NCBI GenBank assembly: GCA_951406725.2
Contig: OX597834.1
Span: 35,774,001-35,838,000, forward strand
Length of the DNA stretch: 64,000 bases
Direction of reading: 5' to 3'
From: Octopus vulgaris
Taxonomy: Eukaryota
How positions within the stretch are numbered: the stretch's first letter is position 1; every line of letters begins with the position of its first letter. The translations under genes were made by a program, and so were the position numbers. The notes beneath the pieces were generated by a model. The model made no database searches. It saw only the letters and a list, made by a program, of their open reading frames with translations, and was not told the origin of the DNA. Positions 28,414-43,377 of the stretch are shown one piece after another.

Positions 28414-29799
28414 CCCACTTACAACAAACACACACACATACATACCAATGCATATATTTATGCCTATATATATATATATACATATAATACATCTATATAT
28501 CTATATATATATATGATATATATATATGATATATATATATGCATATGATATATATGTGTATATATATATATATGTACATATATATATATGCATATATATA
28601 ATATATATATGTATATATATGTATATTTATATATACGTATTTACATATATAAACATATATATGTACACAGACACATACATATATGTACGTATGTATGCAT
28701 GTATGTATGCATGTATGCATGTATGTATGTATGTATGTATGAAGCAAAAACAGAAAGCAGGACAGTCTACTCAGAAAAATGTCCAAGACGATTCCTGTCT
28801 TTGAACAACCTCTAGGCTGGAGACAGCAGTCTGGATGTGCTTCTATTCATTCTCCTCTCTTGATCAATTCCGGAAGAGAGGAGTTTAAGGAATAAAGAAA
28901 AAGGAAAAACAACAGAACAAAACAAAACAAAACAATATATATATATATACATGTCCGAACCAGAACATCGGTCAATTTCCTTATTGTTGGACATCAAATC
29001 TAGTTTCGTCATGGTTTTTTACAGGACTCCATTTTAAGTAGTAAAAACTGTTAAGGGTCGCCATGTTTTAGATTTTTTATATCTCTTAAACTCTTCATTT
29101 TGTGTGTGAGTGTGTATGTACAAATGTATACGTATGTGTGTGTATAAATGCGTTTGTATGTATATATGTGCACATGTGTGAATGTGTGTGTATATGTTCA
29201 AATGTATATATATGTATCTGTGTATATACACGCATTTGTGTGTGCGTTTGTATATATACATATATGCATGAATGTATATATGTATGTATGCATGTGTGTT
29301 GTACAAATGTATATGGTGTATGTGTATATATATATGTATATATATATATATATATATGTATATGTGTGTGTGTGCGTATGTGTCTATGCATACATGTTTA
29401 TGTATGTGCGTTTAGATATATGTATATGTATGTATGTGTGTATATGTGTGTTTGCATATATGCATGTATATGTATGTGTGAGGATGTGTGTGTGTGTGTG
29501 TGTGTATGCAGAGATGCATATGAGTAACTATATATGTGTGTATGTCTTAGTGGTTCTGTGTGTGTGAGTTACGTTATAAGCTGACGCTGCTTGAAACTTT
29601 ACACCTGAGTTTTTTCAAGACAAAGAATTTCTCCAGAATTTGATATAAATCTTATAATATACCTACAAGACTGTTGAAAGATTAAGGTCTGTACACTCTT
29701 TATCGTCTGGAGAAAACTGTAGCATACATAGAAACACACATAATCACAGACGCATATACACGAACATGCATGCACACACGCATATGTGTACATATATAT

Positions 29800-30022
29800 A
29801 GCTGAAATTTGTACAAAAACAAATGATGAAGACAGGTGTATAAACAACAAACAGGTAGGGAAGGTGGAAAAGTCTTTATGTTTCGAGCCTACGCTCTTGA
29901 ACAGAAAGGAACACGAAGAAAAAACAGAGAGAGAATAAATATAGCATTTGGAGCTAGCGGTCAATCACGGCGGCTGGATGGAGAGAAGTAGTTAGAAAGA
30001 AGGGGAAGTAATAAACTATTGG

Positions 30023-30076
<54 letters not shown>

Positions 30077-30201
30077 CGATTTCTGTTGAAGAGCGCAGGC
30101 TCGAAATGTAAGGGACTTTTCCATTCTTCCCGAGTGTTGAACTAATACACCTGCTTGTTGTTACTACAGCTGTCTGCGTCTTATTTTTTTCGGTAAATTT
30201 G

Positions 30202-30205
<4 letters not shown>
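29800..30205. mobile_element. Inverted pair of pLTR-like fragments around a (TA)n tract; related to 6630-6826
   Basis: ~29815-29908 is inversely similar to ~30080-30190. Both share the GAGC/GCTC-GAAA module. Confidence 0.6.
30080..30114 (+). ncRNA. Hammerhead-like motif with CTGTTGA core (inverted partner at 29873-29908)
   Basis: ttt-CTGTTGA-a-GAGC(gcag)GCTC-GAAA-tg-TA-aggg. The partner's reverse complement is cttt-CTGTTCA-a-GAGC(gtag)GCTC-GAAA-ca-TA-aaga. Confidence 0.5.
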
Positions 30206-30255
<50 letters not shown>

Positions 30256-31681
30256 AAATATATACACACATACATACATATACATATGTATTTATATATA
30301 TATATATACACACATACATACATATACATATGTATTTATATATATATATATACACACACACATACATACATATACATATGTATATATATATATATACACA
30401 CACATACATACATATACATATACATATATATATATATACATATACATATATATATATACACACACATACATACATATACATATGTATATATATATATACA
30501 CATACACACATATATGTCATCGATCAGAATGTGTCTGTTATTACGTGTACGTGTAAATGCGTACAACATCGCACACAACGGTGTGCAAATATGCCTTTGT
30601 TTGTCTGAAAGAATGCGAGAAGGGAATAATGATGATGATGATGATGATGATGGTGTCGTCGATGCCGACGACACTGATGATGATGTTGCTAACAGTTTAG
30701 TTTCATTAAGTATGTAATATACTTGTACTCCTTGAAGGAATTATCCGAAAAATGATCGTTTATGTACCGAGTGTATATATGTGTCTATGCATATACATAT
30801 AGGTTTATATATATATATATTCATATGTATATATATACGTGTGGGTCTGTATGCATATATATATATATATTTATATATATATATATATGTACATATATAT
30901 GTGAGTGTGCGTATGTGTATATGTGTATGTATATATATATATATATATATATCATATTATATATTCATTGTCTGGTTTAAAAGCTACATAAGACGCCATG
31001 AGGAATCTAAGTTGTAGGTGGTCAGATTCTGCATAAGGAGTAGACAACCACCATATATACCCTTATATACATACATACGTAAAATGATGTATATATTGAC
31101 CAGTCCATTATGAACGAATAGTTTTATACTTAAAACAAGAGGACTTCAAGAACTTTAAATGTCTGGCAATATTTTACAGAAGAATGTTGCAAAATAAGAT
31201 GAAAGCCTCGATTTCATAGAGACTGACCGGAAACGGAAGTTATAAGAGCATGATGGCTTTGTCAATGTACATTCATAAATCAACCATGTCATGGTGAGCC
31301 TTTATACGTCCATATATTTATCGTAGACTGTAGAGTGACCTGTGTTCGAATTAGTATTAATATTTTAGTAGAGTGAACTGGCGATACTTGCGAAGGGGAG
31401 AGAAAGAAAGAGTGAGGGAGAGGGGAGGGTTAGGGAGAGAGAGAGAGAGAGAGAGAGAGAAAGGGTTAGGTTGGTGTTAACATATTTAGTGCTGTGAGCT
31501 TTAAAAAAACTGACAAAAAATAAATATAATGCAAGAGACGCAGGTATGCACATAGACAGAGAGACATACATACATACATACAGACAGACAGTCAGACTGA
31601 GAGATAGACAGACAGACAGAAGGATAGACAGACAAATAGATTGACAGAAAGATGGATAGATAGATAGATGGCAAGATAGAT

Positions 31682-31798
<117 letters not shown>

Positions 31799-32190
31799 TG
31801 ATAAATAGATAGATAGATAGACAGCCAGATAAACAAACAGACAGACGGATAGATAGCTAGATAGTCCTATAGACAAAGAGACAGACGGACAAACTGGTAG
31901 ATCGATCAATCGAAAGATAGATAGGCAGACCGTCAGACAGACAGGTAGCTACATAGATAAAATAGATAAATACATAGAAAACAGAGAGACGGACAGACAA
32001 ATAAATAGATAGATAGAGAACGGTGTAGCTAGAAGCTGTGACTCCCGAAGCAAGCCATTTTGGCTTCACAAGTTTTCTCTCAATTTGTGTTATGTTATCA
32101 GATGGGTAGTCATAATGGGTATACTGGGTTTCGTATATTTTACCCCAGTGTCACTTTCATGGCATGCACTGCTCTCTCTCTCAATTGCAT

Positions 32191-32361
32191 CAAGCCGAAA
32201 AGGTGTAATTTTTAAAGTATCGGTCACTCTCTGACTGATTTGTTGTCGAGTCTGTGGCCGTGGAGACCTCCGGCGTTCTTGAACCCCGGACTGCATCTCT
32301 GCTTACTGCTATCAGTGCAGAAATGGCCGTCTGCAAGTACAAGCTCAGGGAGTCTTTGTGA
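32191..32361 (+). pseudogene. Fragment of a CRE-clade-like non-LTR retrotransposon REL endonuclease
   Basis: One frame reads AEKV*FLKYRSLSD*FVVESVAVETSGVLEPRTASLLTAISAEMAVCKYKLRES, resembling the AE..K..KY..L...F.P+A+ET.G..GP....L..IG pattern. Two in-frame stops. Confidence 0.65.
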
Positions 32362-33149
32362 AAGCTAATGACAAGCGCTGAGGCCAAGAGAAATATTTTC
32401 CAGAGTAAATGCCGAATTTCCGCTGTGCCGAGGGTTGGTACTTAAGTGGAGCAAATTGTAACGAATGATTAAGGTTAGGGGTGGAAGAATTTTTTAAAAA
32501 ATAATTGTTAAAATATTGCATTACAGATTCTGTGAGTAGAGGAGAGGGCAGTGGATGGATGGTTTTCATTTGGGAAGCTGTTCGCCAATAGCAACAGCGG
32601 AATTAAAAGATGAAGTGTGAATTACAGCAGCGGAAGTAGCAAATCAACCTGGCTTCCGGTTTCACTGTTGATTCAGTTTACGTTGAAGAACATAACGATG
32701 ACAACAACAAATACTACAATAACAACGTTGCAATTGAAAATAAATAAAAAAAAAAAAAAGAAGCTTTTTCAAATATGGAACGAAGAAAATTGAAATTAGA
32801 ACAATTTAACAATTTAAATGTTTGTGATTGATTGCTATTTCAATCACTTCTTGCTCCGATCATCACACTGTTAAGATCATGAATATGTGTGTGTGTGTGT
32901 GTGTGTGAATTTTGAGTGTCTGTGTATTTAGATTTATATATATGTATTTATATATCTATCTATCTATCCATCCATCCATCCATCCATATATATATATATA
33001 TATATTAACATTTACATAATTTTCGGCTTATCTGGCATTAGAATTTTTCTTCTGCCCTTATCTTGTAAATTGTGTATAAATTTTACCTTTAAAGGCATTT
33101 TTTGATACGCTGGCCATTGATAAAATTTTTTTCCCGAAAAATTTTATCC

Positions 33150-33234
<85 letters not shown>

Positions 33235-33456
33235 TTATATATATGAAAAGTTTTGAGCCTTGAAGTCTTGTATCTTCATCAGAAATCTTGTACCATGTTT
33301 TGTTCTTTTGAGGCTCTAGACTTCTCAAAACCCCCCTCGTATATATATAAAACAGTAGTATATATATGCTATATGTGTGTGTGACTGTATACATTTGTAT
33401 ATATAGGGACATATGTATGTAAGCCTATATACATACATATTTATATATATATATAT

Positions 33457-33506
<50 letters not shown>

Positions 33507-33827
33507 GTATGTATATATGTATGTATGTGTATACACACTCACACACAAGCACCATCAGCACAGAATGGCCCAGAGTTATTACGTGTATCTGTTAAAAAAT
33601 TAAAAATAATTAAGCTATTGACTATTTGTTGTCTTTTCCTCATCACAAAATTATTTCTAATTCGCTTTTTAATTGTTGATTACATGAAATATGTTAGCAT
33701 TCACTTAATTACAAAACGACGAACGACGGCTATAGTCATTGTGGCCATGGATTGGACGGACGGACGGATAGGATCTACCATCAGTTGAACCTACTAATCA
33801 TGTCACCATTTGTACTACCAACAATAC

Positions 33828-34043
33828 CTCTTTCTTTATTACCCACAAGGGGCTAAACACAGAGGGGACAAACAAGGACAGACATAGGTATTAAGTCGAT
33901 TACATCGACCCCAGTGCGTAACTGGTACTTAATTTATCGACCCCGAAAGGATGAAAGGCAAAGTCGACCTCGGCGGAATTTGAACTCACGCAGACGAAAT
34001 ACCGCTAAGCATTTCGCCCGGCGTGCTAACGTTTCTGCCAGCT
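33828..34043 (-). mobile_element. SINE family A
   Basis: Near-full-length match to the other copies. Confidence 0.88.
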
Positions 34044-34480
34044 CTACCAACAATACCATCACCGTACCACCATCACTACTATCAGCATCATCACTATCAT
34101 CACCATCATCATCACCATCGTTACGACTACCAACGTTTCACTTCCTCATTGCAAAGATTCATCACCGAAATGATAATGACGATGGTGGTGGTGATGATGA
34201 TGATGGTGACAATAATGATGACGATGATGATGATGCTTATGATGAGGAGAATGATGATGGTAATAATCGCGAAGACAGTGAGTGTCGTGACGTAGATGGC
34301 GATGGCAGCGGTGGTGGTGTTGTTGTTGTCGGTGGCGGCTGTGTGAGAATGAGTCAGTCATTCAGGGATCTGAGTGGACGGAAACGTTCAAGTGTCGAAT
34401 ATCGGAGGAGAATAAAAGAAATAAAATACATCACTATAACAAAATAAAAATAATAAATACACCGCACACATACATACATG

Positions 34481-34516
<36 letters not shown>

Positions 34517-34532
34517 ATATATATATATAAAG

Positions 34533-34645
<113 letters not shown>

Positions 34646-34652
34646 TATATCC

Positions 34653-34716
<64 letters not shown>

Positions 34717-34867
34717 ATATATATATAAATATATGTATCTATATATATATATATATGTATCTATATATATATATATATATGTATCTATATATATATATGT
34801 ATCTATATATATATATATATGTATCTATATATATATATATATGTATGTGTATATATATATATGTATC

Positions 34868-34903
<36 letters not shown>

Positions 34904-35603
34904 TGTATCTATATATATATATATGTATCTATATATATATATATATATATATGTATCTATATATATATATCTATATATCTATCTATATATATATATATAT
35001 GTCTGTTTATATATATATATATATGTATGTATATATGTGTGTGTGTGTGTGTGTGTCTGTGTGTGTGTGTGTAGTGGAACAACAACGACGACCGCAAAAG
35101 TAATGCGATCAATACCTGTAATAGCGTCGGCAATGACACTGACAATAACAACAGCAACAAGGTCTACAACTACTACTACCACCACCAACAACAACAACAA
35201 CTCCACCATCATCTCCTCCACTACTACTACTACTACTACTACTATTAAATAAATGGGATTTGAGGTGTGTGTTTAAATGAATTGTAACAGTGACCATGAC
35301 CACCACCACCGCAACAACAGCAACAACGGTATTAGGTAACAGAGGGTGGTTAGGTAGGTGGAAGTGGATGTGTAGCAGATGACAACAACAGCAACAACAA
35401 CAACAGAGACGCCGACAATCGAGACGGCAAGAGTAGCAACGAGAACATTAATAATGGCAGCAACAAGAATGGTAAGAAGAACAACAGCGACGACGACGAC
35501 GACAGACTGAGGACAGGAAAGAGTGTTGTTGTTAAGGTGGGGGGAGGGATGGAAGTTCATCCGATCAACGACAACAGCAGCAACATCAATAACAACAACA
35601 GTA

Positions 35604-35865
35604 AGAAGCGGAAGAAGAAGAAGAAGAAGAAGGGGGAGGAGAAGAAGAAGAAAAAGAAGAAGGAGGTGGAGGAGGAGGAGGAAGAGAAGAAGAAGGAGGA
35701 GGAGGATAAGAAGAAATTGAAGAAGAAGTGAAGAAGAAAAAGGAGGTGGAGGAGGAGGAAGAGAAGAAGAAGAGAAGAAGAAGGAGAAGAAGAAGGAGAA
35801 GAAGGAGAAGAAGAAATTGAAGAAGTGAAGAAGAAAAAGGAGGTGGAGGAGGAGGAAGAGAAGAA

Positions 35866-35897
<32 letters not shown>

Positions 35898-36200
35898 CGA
35901 AGGAAAAGAAGTGGAAGAAGAAGAAGAAGAAAAGAAAAGGAGAAGAAGAAGAAGAAGAAGAAGAAGAAGAAGAAGAAGAAGAAGAAGAAGAAAAAGGAGT
36001 GGAAGAAGAAGAAGAAGAAGAAAAGAAGAAGAAGAAGAAGAAGAAGAAGAAGAAGAAGAAGAAGAAGAAGAAGAAGAAGACGAAGGAAAAGAAGTGGAAG
36101 ACGAGTAAGAAGAAGAAAAAGAAGGAGGAGAACAAGAAGAAAAGGAGGAAAAAGGAAAGGAAGAGGAAGAACAACAAAAACAACAGCAATAACAACAACC
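35604..36200. repeat. Compound (GAA/GAG)n polypurine tract with internal block duplications
   Basis: Directly visible. Confidence 0.95.
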
Positions 36201-36279
36201 GTAACAAAACGGTGGTTGTTTGTAACAGATTAAATACCAACTAAATATTGGCCTTTGTAAATAGATTATTAACCTCACG

Positions 36280-36862
36280 GGTGAGCATGCCGGTCGAAAT
36301 GCTTATCGTCATTTTGTCCGGTTTTACGTTCTGAGTTCAAATTCTGCCTAGGTCAATATATTGCCTTTCATCCTTTCGGTGTCGATAAATCAAGTACCAG
36401 TGAAACTCTGGGGTCGATGTAATCGACTTGTGACCCCCACCCCCAACTCCTGCAAAATTTCAGGCTATGTTTCTTTAGTAGACAGGGTTATTGGTTCTGA
36501 TTGGTTTTGCTGTTTCCATCATATCGGGTTCGATATACAATATTAGTTAAGAACCGGTGTCAATGTAATCGATTGATCCATTTCCCCCTAAGATTGCTGA
36601 TCTTCTCCCAAAATTTGAAACAATAATAACAATAATATTGATGATAATAATTATAATTTTTACTAATTGCAAGGCAGTGAGCTGGCAGAATCCTTAGCCC
36701 GCCGGTCGAAATGCTTAGCGGCATTTCGTCCGTCCTTACATTCTGAGTTCAAATTCCTTAGTGACCAACTTTCCCTTTCATCTTTTCGGTCGTGAGGAAA
36801 AATAAGTACCAGTTGAACACTAGGGGGTGGTTGTAATCGACTCAGCCCCCCTCTCCGAAACC
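36280..36862 (+). mobile_element. Two older SINE A copies plus a fragment
   Basis: GAGTTCAAATT B-boxes at ~36333 and ~36745. Confidence 0.8.
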
Positions 36863-37664
36863 TGCTTGGGACCGATCCCGGATCCACGGGATTGCCAGGA
36901 GAGCTTCCTAATCATACACCTTGTCCACATGATTTGGCGACAGCCATTATTCATTCTGCTCCAGATCTCTTTATAAATGTTGTTGTTTCAGTAGAATCTA
37001 GAAAGGGAGCGAGAGGGAGAGAGAGGTAGAAGAGGATGAAGAGTTGGAGAAGGACAAGAGTGACAACGATGGTGAGAAGGAAGGCGAGGAAGAGGAAGAG
37101 AAGGAGGAAGAGGCGACGGATGGTGTGAGTCACCTGGAAACTGTTGTTGGTAACGAAAATATCTTCACTTTATCGAGTACAGAGGAACGCCGACTTTTGG
37201 CTTGAAATAGTCATTGTTACAGTTTTTTTACAGTACGTTTATGTGAGAAAGTGTTGGTGTGTGTATGTATACAGGTATGTATGTATGTATGTATGTATGT
37301 ATGTATGTATGTATGTATGTATGTGTGTATATATGTATGAATGTATGTATGTACGTACGTATGTATATGTGTATGTATGAATGCCAACACATGCGCGCTC
37401 TCCCTCTCTCTCTTTCACCACACACATATCGATAGATATTTATATGTACGTAAGCATGGGTGTACGTACGTTTGTATGTATGTATGTATGTAAGTATCGG
37501 TATACGACGCGTTATCTCAGTTTCTATCGACTAACTCCACTCACGAAACATTATTCGCTCTCTGTACATACACACATCTATATACATATAAACATGTATG
37601 TATATATCCATCCGTCTGTCTGTCTGTCTGTCTGTCTGTCTAAGAACATACATTTTAAAATCGT

Positions 37665-37869
37665 TTACTTGTTTCTGCCATTAAACTGCGGTCATGCTGT
37701 GGTACCACCTTGAAGAATTTTTTGTCGAATGAATCGAACTCACTGCATATGTTTTTACATCCTGGTAATTATTCTCCCTATCTCTTTTGCTGAACCGCTA
37801 AGTTACGGGGACATACACATATCAACACCGGTTGTCAAGCGGTGGTGGGGGACGAGCATGGACACAAAG

Positions 37870-37872
<3 letters not shown>
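37665..37872 (-). mobile_element. SINE B tail
   Basis: GAACCGCTAAGTTACGGGGAC...GGTTGTCAAGCG. Confidence 0.7.
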
Positions 37873-37923
<51 letters not shown>

Positions 37924-40018
37924 CTATATATATCTATTCGGCTTTTGTTGCAAACCCGCCCCAATAAAGGACACGGCGGCAACATTTTCACCTTCTGTAA
38001 TCTGGCTAAAACTTACAACAGTGTCCAAAATCCGTCTTTTAGAAAATACTCGAGAGACTTGGTTGCCCAAATCATTTCAACGAAATACTTGTTTCGTCAT
38101 ATTGTTATGGAAAAAAATGAATGTCTTGACAGAAAAGACTTCATTCTTAAATTTTTATCAGCAGGAAGACCGTAGAAAAGAGAGACTACAAACCATAACA
38201 TAATTAGGATTACATTAATCTAATGTGTCTTTTTTTTTTTTTCAGATGTTTCGAAAGAATTTAGCTTCTGTTTCTAAACACTCAAGCGACTGCATAGAAA
38301 CTCCTCCATTGGGTCGCAGTTGTGATGTGATTGTTGCATTTTAACTCCAAGTCCGCCCTGATCGAGCTTACCCTTGATAAAAACAATTCCAGCCGTGACT
38401 CTCTCGTGTTGTTTCTGTGTACAGAGAACAGCACAGGACCGCATTAACAAATGTTTTCTTCTCTACGTCAATCGGGTTGTGGGTTTTGAGATATTTGACT
38501 ACTACTTCTAGCAATTCAGGCGACTGTGTAAGGTTCTTCATTGTGTTGGTGATGGTGGTGGTGGTATAGGTGATGTGTGTGGTGATGTTGGTGATAAGAG
38601 TGTTGGTTAGGATGGTGGCGACGGTGATGGTAGTGGTGCTGGCGATAAGAGTGGCGGTGGTGTTGGAGTTGATGATGTCCTGATGGCGGTAGTGAGGATA
38701 GAGATGCCTGCAAGGCATGATAATGCGGCGACGGCGGTGGGGATGGTGGTGGTGGTGGTAATGGTGATGGTGGTGGTAATGGTGATGGTGGTGGTAATGG
38801 TGATGGTGGTGTTGGCTATAGTTGTGGTGGTGGTAATGTTGGAGTTGGTGATGTCTGTTCTGATGGCTGTAGTGAGGATAGAGATACCTGCAGAACACCA
38901 TAATGCGGCGGCGGCGGCGGCGGCGGCGGTGGTGGTGATGGTGGCGGAGATGGAGCCGATGGTGATGGTGATGTATTTAGATTAGACACTTAAAATCTTG
39001 TTATTTATCAGGCTAGTTTGAGAGAGTTCAGTGAGAAGGAGTTGAGAAGTGTTGTCGTATGGGTGTTAGTATGAGTGGTGCCCATCACTCCTGCTCCAGC
39101 TTTAAGTGCTCGTTGATTGATTACTGGATCGAGAGGAGGATGAAGTGGAGAAGGGAAGGAGGTGGCTCTGCTGAGATCGGTGCTTCATTTACAACTGATA
39201 CAACACATTGGTTACTAAACGTAAGACAGCGTGAGAGCCTCTCCTCCGCCCCGCCCTAGTACTACTTCATCTCACCTTGTCACTTCCATTACTACTGCTG
39301 ATACCACTACCACCACCACCATCACCATCGCCACCTCTAGCACCCCTACTAGCATTATCTACCATCACTACCACCGTTGCCCACCACAACCACAGCAACC
39401 ACAATCGCCATCAGCACCATTCTCGCCATCATCACAATCACAACCATCAACACCAGCACTAGCACCAACATCACCACCAACTATCACAGACACCGTCACC
39501 ACCTTCCATATCACCGCCACCGCCACCACCCTCATTTATATCATCGACCCACCACCGTCGTCGCTGCTATCAATGCCACCACCGCCACCACCGCCACCGC
39601 CACCGTCACCTATCCCATGTATTGACTTGTTCACAACAGCTGCCTGCTATCATATTTCAATTTCCCTGTAGAAATATTGGTTCAAAATATCTATCAAAAA
39701 TCTTCCCCACTCTCATCACATCCACACACACACACACACAAGCATATATATGTATGTATATGCATATGTGTACATATGTATGTGCGTATGTGTACGTGTC
39801 TGTGTGTGCGTGGGTATGTATGCATGTGCGTGTGTGTGAATTTATCTGAAAGAATAGTAAATGCTAACTAGAAATGCAGTTTCCTTCGGCTTCTCGACCG
39901 AAAGAATGGAATGATTCTACGTGGTGCAGTTGGTAACAGAGAGGAAAGCTTATTTCGAAATTGCCCGAACACAGAGTAGTAACTGTAAGCAATGTCTTAC
40001 AGAGAAGCTTTACATTCA

Positions 40019-40170
40019 GTTCTATATTTAAGAGATGAGGAATTATGTACATTATTTACACTATTTACATTATTTACATTTGCCGGATATTTGTCCTCAT
40101 CTTGTTTGTTGTTAACACAATGTTTCGGCTGATATACCCTCAAATGTAAATAATGTAAATAGTGTAAAAA
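40019..40170. mobile_element. Truncated copy of the same pLTR-like family with a 28-bp inverted end
   Basis: Near-identical to 57183-57285. TTTACACTATTTACATTATTTACATTTG (40055-40082) is the reverse complement of 40141-40168. Confidence 0.65.
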
Positions 40171-40221
40171 CTTTACATTATTCGCTTGTTTCTAAATCAA
40201 AAGAACGAACCAATTTCAACT

Positions 40222-40810
40222 TTTATTCTTTTATTTGTTTCAGTCATTCGACTTCGGCCATGTTGGAGCACAGCCTTTAGTCGAGCAAGCAAATCGACCC
40301 CCGGGACTTATTCTTTGTAAGCCTAGTACTTATTCTATCGGTCGCTTTTGCCGAACCACTAAGTTACGGGGACGTAAACACACCAGCATCGATTGTCAAG
40401 CGATGTTGGGGGAGAAGAAGAAAGAAGAAGAAGAAGAAGGAGGAGGAGGAGGAGGAGGATAAGAAGAAATTGAAGAAGTGAAGAAGAAAAAGGTGGTGGA
40501 GGAGGAGGAAGAGAAGGAGAAGGAGGAGAACAAGAAGAAAAGGAAGAAAAAGGAAAGGAAGAAGAGGAAGAACAACAAAAACAGCAGCAACAAATACATA
40601 AACAAACACACACACATATATGTATATGTGTATGTATGTATGTATGTATGTATATATGTATGTATGTATGTGTGTATGTATGTTAGTGTGTATGTTTGTG
40701 CTTGTACCCCCAACATCGCTTGACAAAAAGTATGTCCTAGGGTCGATGTACTCGACTAAAGGCGGTGCTCCAGCATGGCCGCAGTCAAACGACTGAAACA
40801 TATAAAAGAA
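40222..40810. mobile_element. Two SINE B tails in opposite orientation; the first carries a GAA-rich insert
   Basis: Minus copy at 40222-40413, plus copy at ~40690-40810. Confidence 0.8.
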
Positions 40811-41549
40811 TATATGATTTTTGTAAAACATCGAATAGCTATGTGGATTAATCCGAGTATAATAGAAATGAAAGGGAGCCATAGGTAAAATCTGTTTGAG
40901 AAGTGATGATTTACACCACATAGAGCATTTTTCTCAAAGTCCCGTGACATATTCCTTCCTTAATGGTCCCAGAATTCCGGAATTTCTCCATTTTGATTTG
41001 TAGTATACTTAGCGGTATTTCGTCCGTCTCTACGTTTTGAGTTCAAATTCCACCGAGGTCGATTTTGGCTTTCATCCTTTCGTGGTCGATAAATTAAAGT
41101 ACCAGTGAAACACTGGGGTCGATGTAATCGACTCATCCCTTTTCCCAAAATTTCAAGGCCTTGACAAAAACTGATAGCAGTACCCCCCACCCAAAAAAAA
41201 AACCTACTATATTTTGACCACGTATGCTCGTATCATTGGGTGGCTGAAAAAAAATGGAATCGCGGACAAGGACTGGACGGGGCTGATCCTGGTGGGATGT
41301 ATGGTTGTAGAGCAAGAGACTTGTTTGTGACGAAGAGTGGAGGTTGTTCTGAGGTTCCCCGCCGACCCTCAATCTTGAGAAGGGTTGCATTCATTTATTC
41401 AACCAATTCACCAGAGCCCGTGTCCACAGCCCTCACTCATAACGTTACCCTGGTTATAACAGAACAGAGATCAGGGTACTTTTATCTTTGCTACACTTCT
41501 CTGTAATCCCTTTATCCATTAATCGGCTGCTGCTGCTGCTGCTGCTACA

Positions 41550-41589
<40 letters not shown>

Positions 41590-42389
41590 TATAAATGATG
41601 TATGTTACAATGAGAGACAAACTGACAAACAGTTAGACGGACAGGTAGACAAACAGACAGACTGACAGACAGACAAACAGGCACGCAGGCGGACAGTCGG
41701 AGATACAGATAGAGACTGACTGATAGACAGACTGACGGACAAACTGACGGACAGACTGACAAACAGACAGACAGGCAGACAGTCTGACGGATAGACAGTG
41801 ACTAAATAATTTAACAAACTGATTAAATAAATAAATAAATAAATAAAATGTAATCACGTGGTTAAAGTTCAATGACAAAACAAAAAAGAGCAAAACTACA
41901 ACAAACAAACAAACATGCAAAATGCCAAAAAAACCCTCTCCAAATCAGATAACGACCAACCCCTTCTCCACCCACGCCCCCCACACCGACGATCCGTGTA
42001 AATAAACGAGGACATAACAATTTCTTTAGTGCTTTGTGTGGGAGTGTAGAGGTGTGAGGTGTGTGCAGGGTGGGGTGTATGTGTGTGAGGTGTATATGTA
42101 TGTGTGTATGTGTGTGTGTGTGTGTGTGTGGGTGGATGGTTGCAGTTTTAACCTATTAGTCATGTGATCGATCCGTTTCTATTAAGCCAATGATATTTTG
42201 TTACTGGACGAAAGCAGGATCGGTTATCAACGCTTGTTCTCGTTGTTAGGTTTGTTTGTTTGTTGTTACGCTTAAATATCTGTTGTCATTATCGTTGTTG
42301 TTTGAATAAGGCGAGGCTGGCGCAATCATTAGCGCGTCGAACAAAAAATTCTTAGCGGCATTTAAATTTTTTTGTTCTTTTACTTTTCT

Positions 42390-42593
42390 CCTTTTACTTG
42401 TTTCACTCATTTCGCTGCGGCCATACTGGAGCACCACATTAAGTCGAACAAATCGACCCCAGGACTTATTTCTTTGTAAGCCTAGTACTTATTCTATCGG
42501 TATTATTGCTGAACCACTAAGTTGCGGAGACGTAAACAGACTAATATCGGTTGTCAAGCGATGGGGGGGGGGGGCAAACACAGACGCACATAG

Positions 42594-42662
<69 letters not shown>

Positions 42663-42873
42663 TACACACATATATATATATACATAAGTATGTATATATA
42701 TATACATATATGATGAGCTACCTTCAGCTTCTGTCTATCAAATCCACTCACAGGGTTTTGGTCGACCCGAGACTATTGTAGAAGACACTTGCGCAAGGTG
42801 TCACGCAGTGGGACTGAACCCGGAACCATGTGGTTGGGAAGTAAGCTTCTAACCACTCAGCCACTCCCGCGCC
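42390..42873 (-). mobile_element. tRNA-headed SINE family B (CORE-like) with internal (TA/CA)n
   Basis: Minus-strand head GGCGCGGGAGTGGCTGAGTGGTTAGAAGC...GGTTCAGTCCC, CORE-like CCTTGCGCAAGTGTCTTC, conserved tail with GCTCCAG(C/T)ATGGCCGCAG. Confidence 0.85.
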
Positions 42874-43076
42874 TATTGATTTTTTTTCTTTACGTTCTGA
42901 GTTCAAATTCCGCCGAGGTTGACTTCCACCTTTCATACTTTCGGGATCGGTAAGTTAAGTATCAGTGATATCAGTGAAACACTGGGGTCGATGTAATCGA
43001 TAAGTTCCCTCCCCTAAAATTTCAAGCCTTGAGCCTTTAGTAGATAAGATTATTGCTGTGGCTATAGTAGAAAAGA

Positions 43077-43146
<70 letters not shown>

Positions 43147-43377
43147 GGCGGCGAGCTGGCAGAAACGTTAGCACGCCGGGCGAAATGCGTAGCCGTATTT
43201 CGTCTGCCGCTACGTTCTGAGTTCAAATTCCGCCGAGGTCGACTTTGCCTTTCATCCTTTCGGGGTCGTTAAATTAAGTACCAGTTACGCACTGGGGTCG
43301 ATATAATCGACTTAATCCGTTTGTCTGTCCTTGTTTGTCCTTTCTGTGTTTAGCCCCTTGTGGGTAGTAAAGAAATG
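43147..43377 (+). mobile_element. tRNA-headed SINE family A, full length
   Basis: A-box-like TGGCAGAAACGTTAG, B-box GAGTTCAAATTCC (~43220), central GTCGACTTTGCCTTTCATCCTTTCGGGGTCG..AAGTACCAG domain. More than 20 copies or fragments in the window. Confidence 0.9.
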
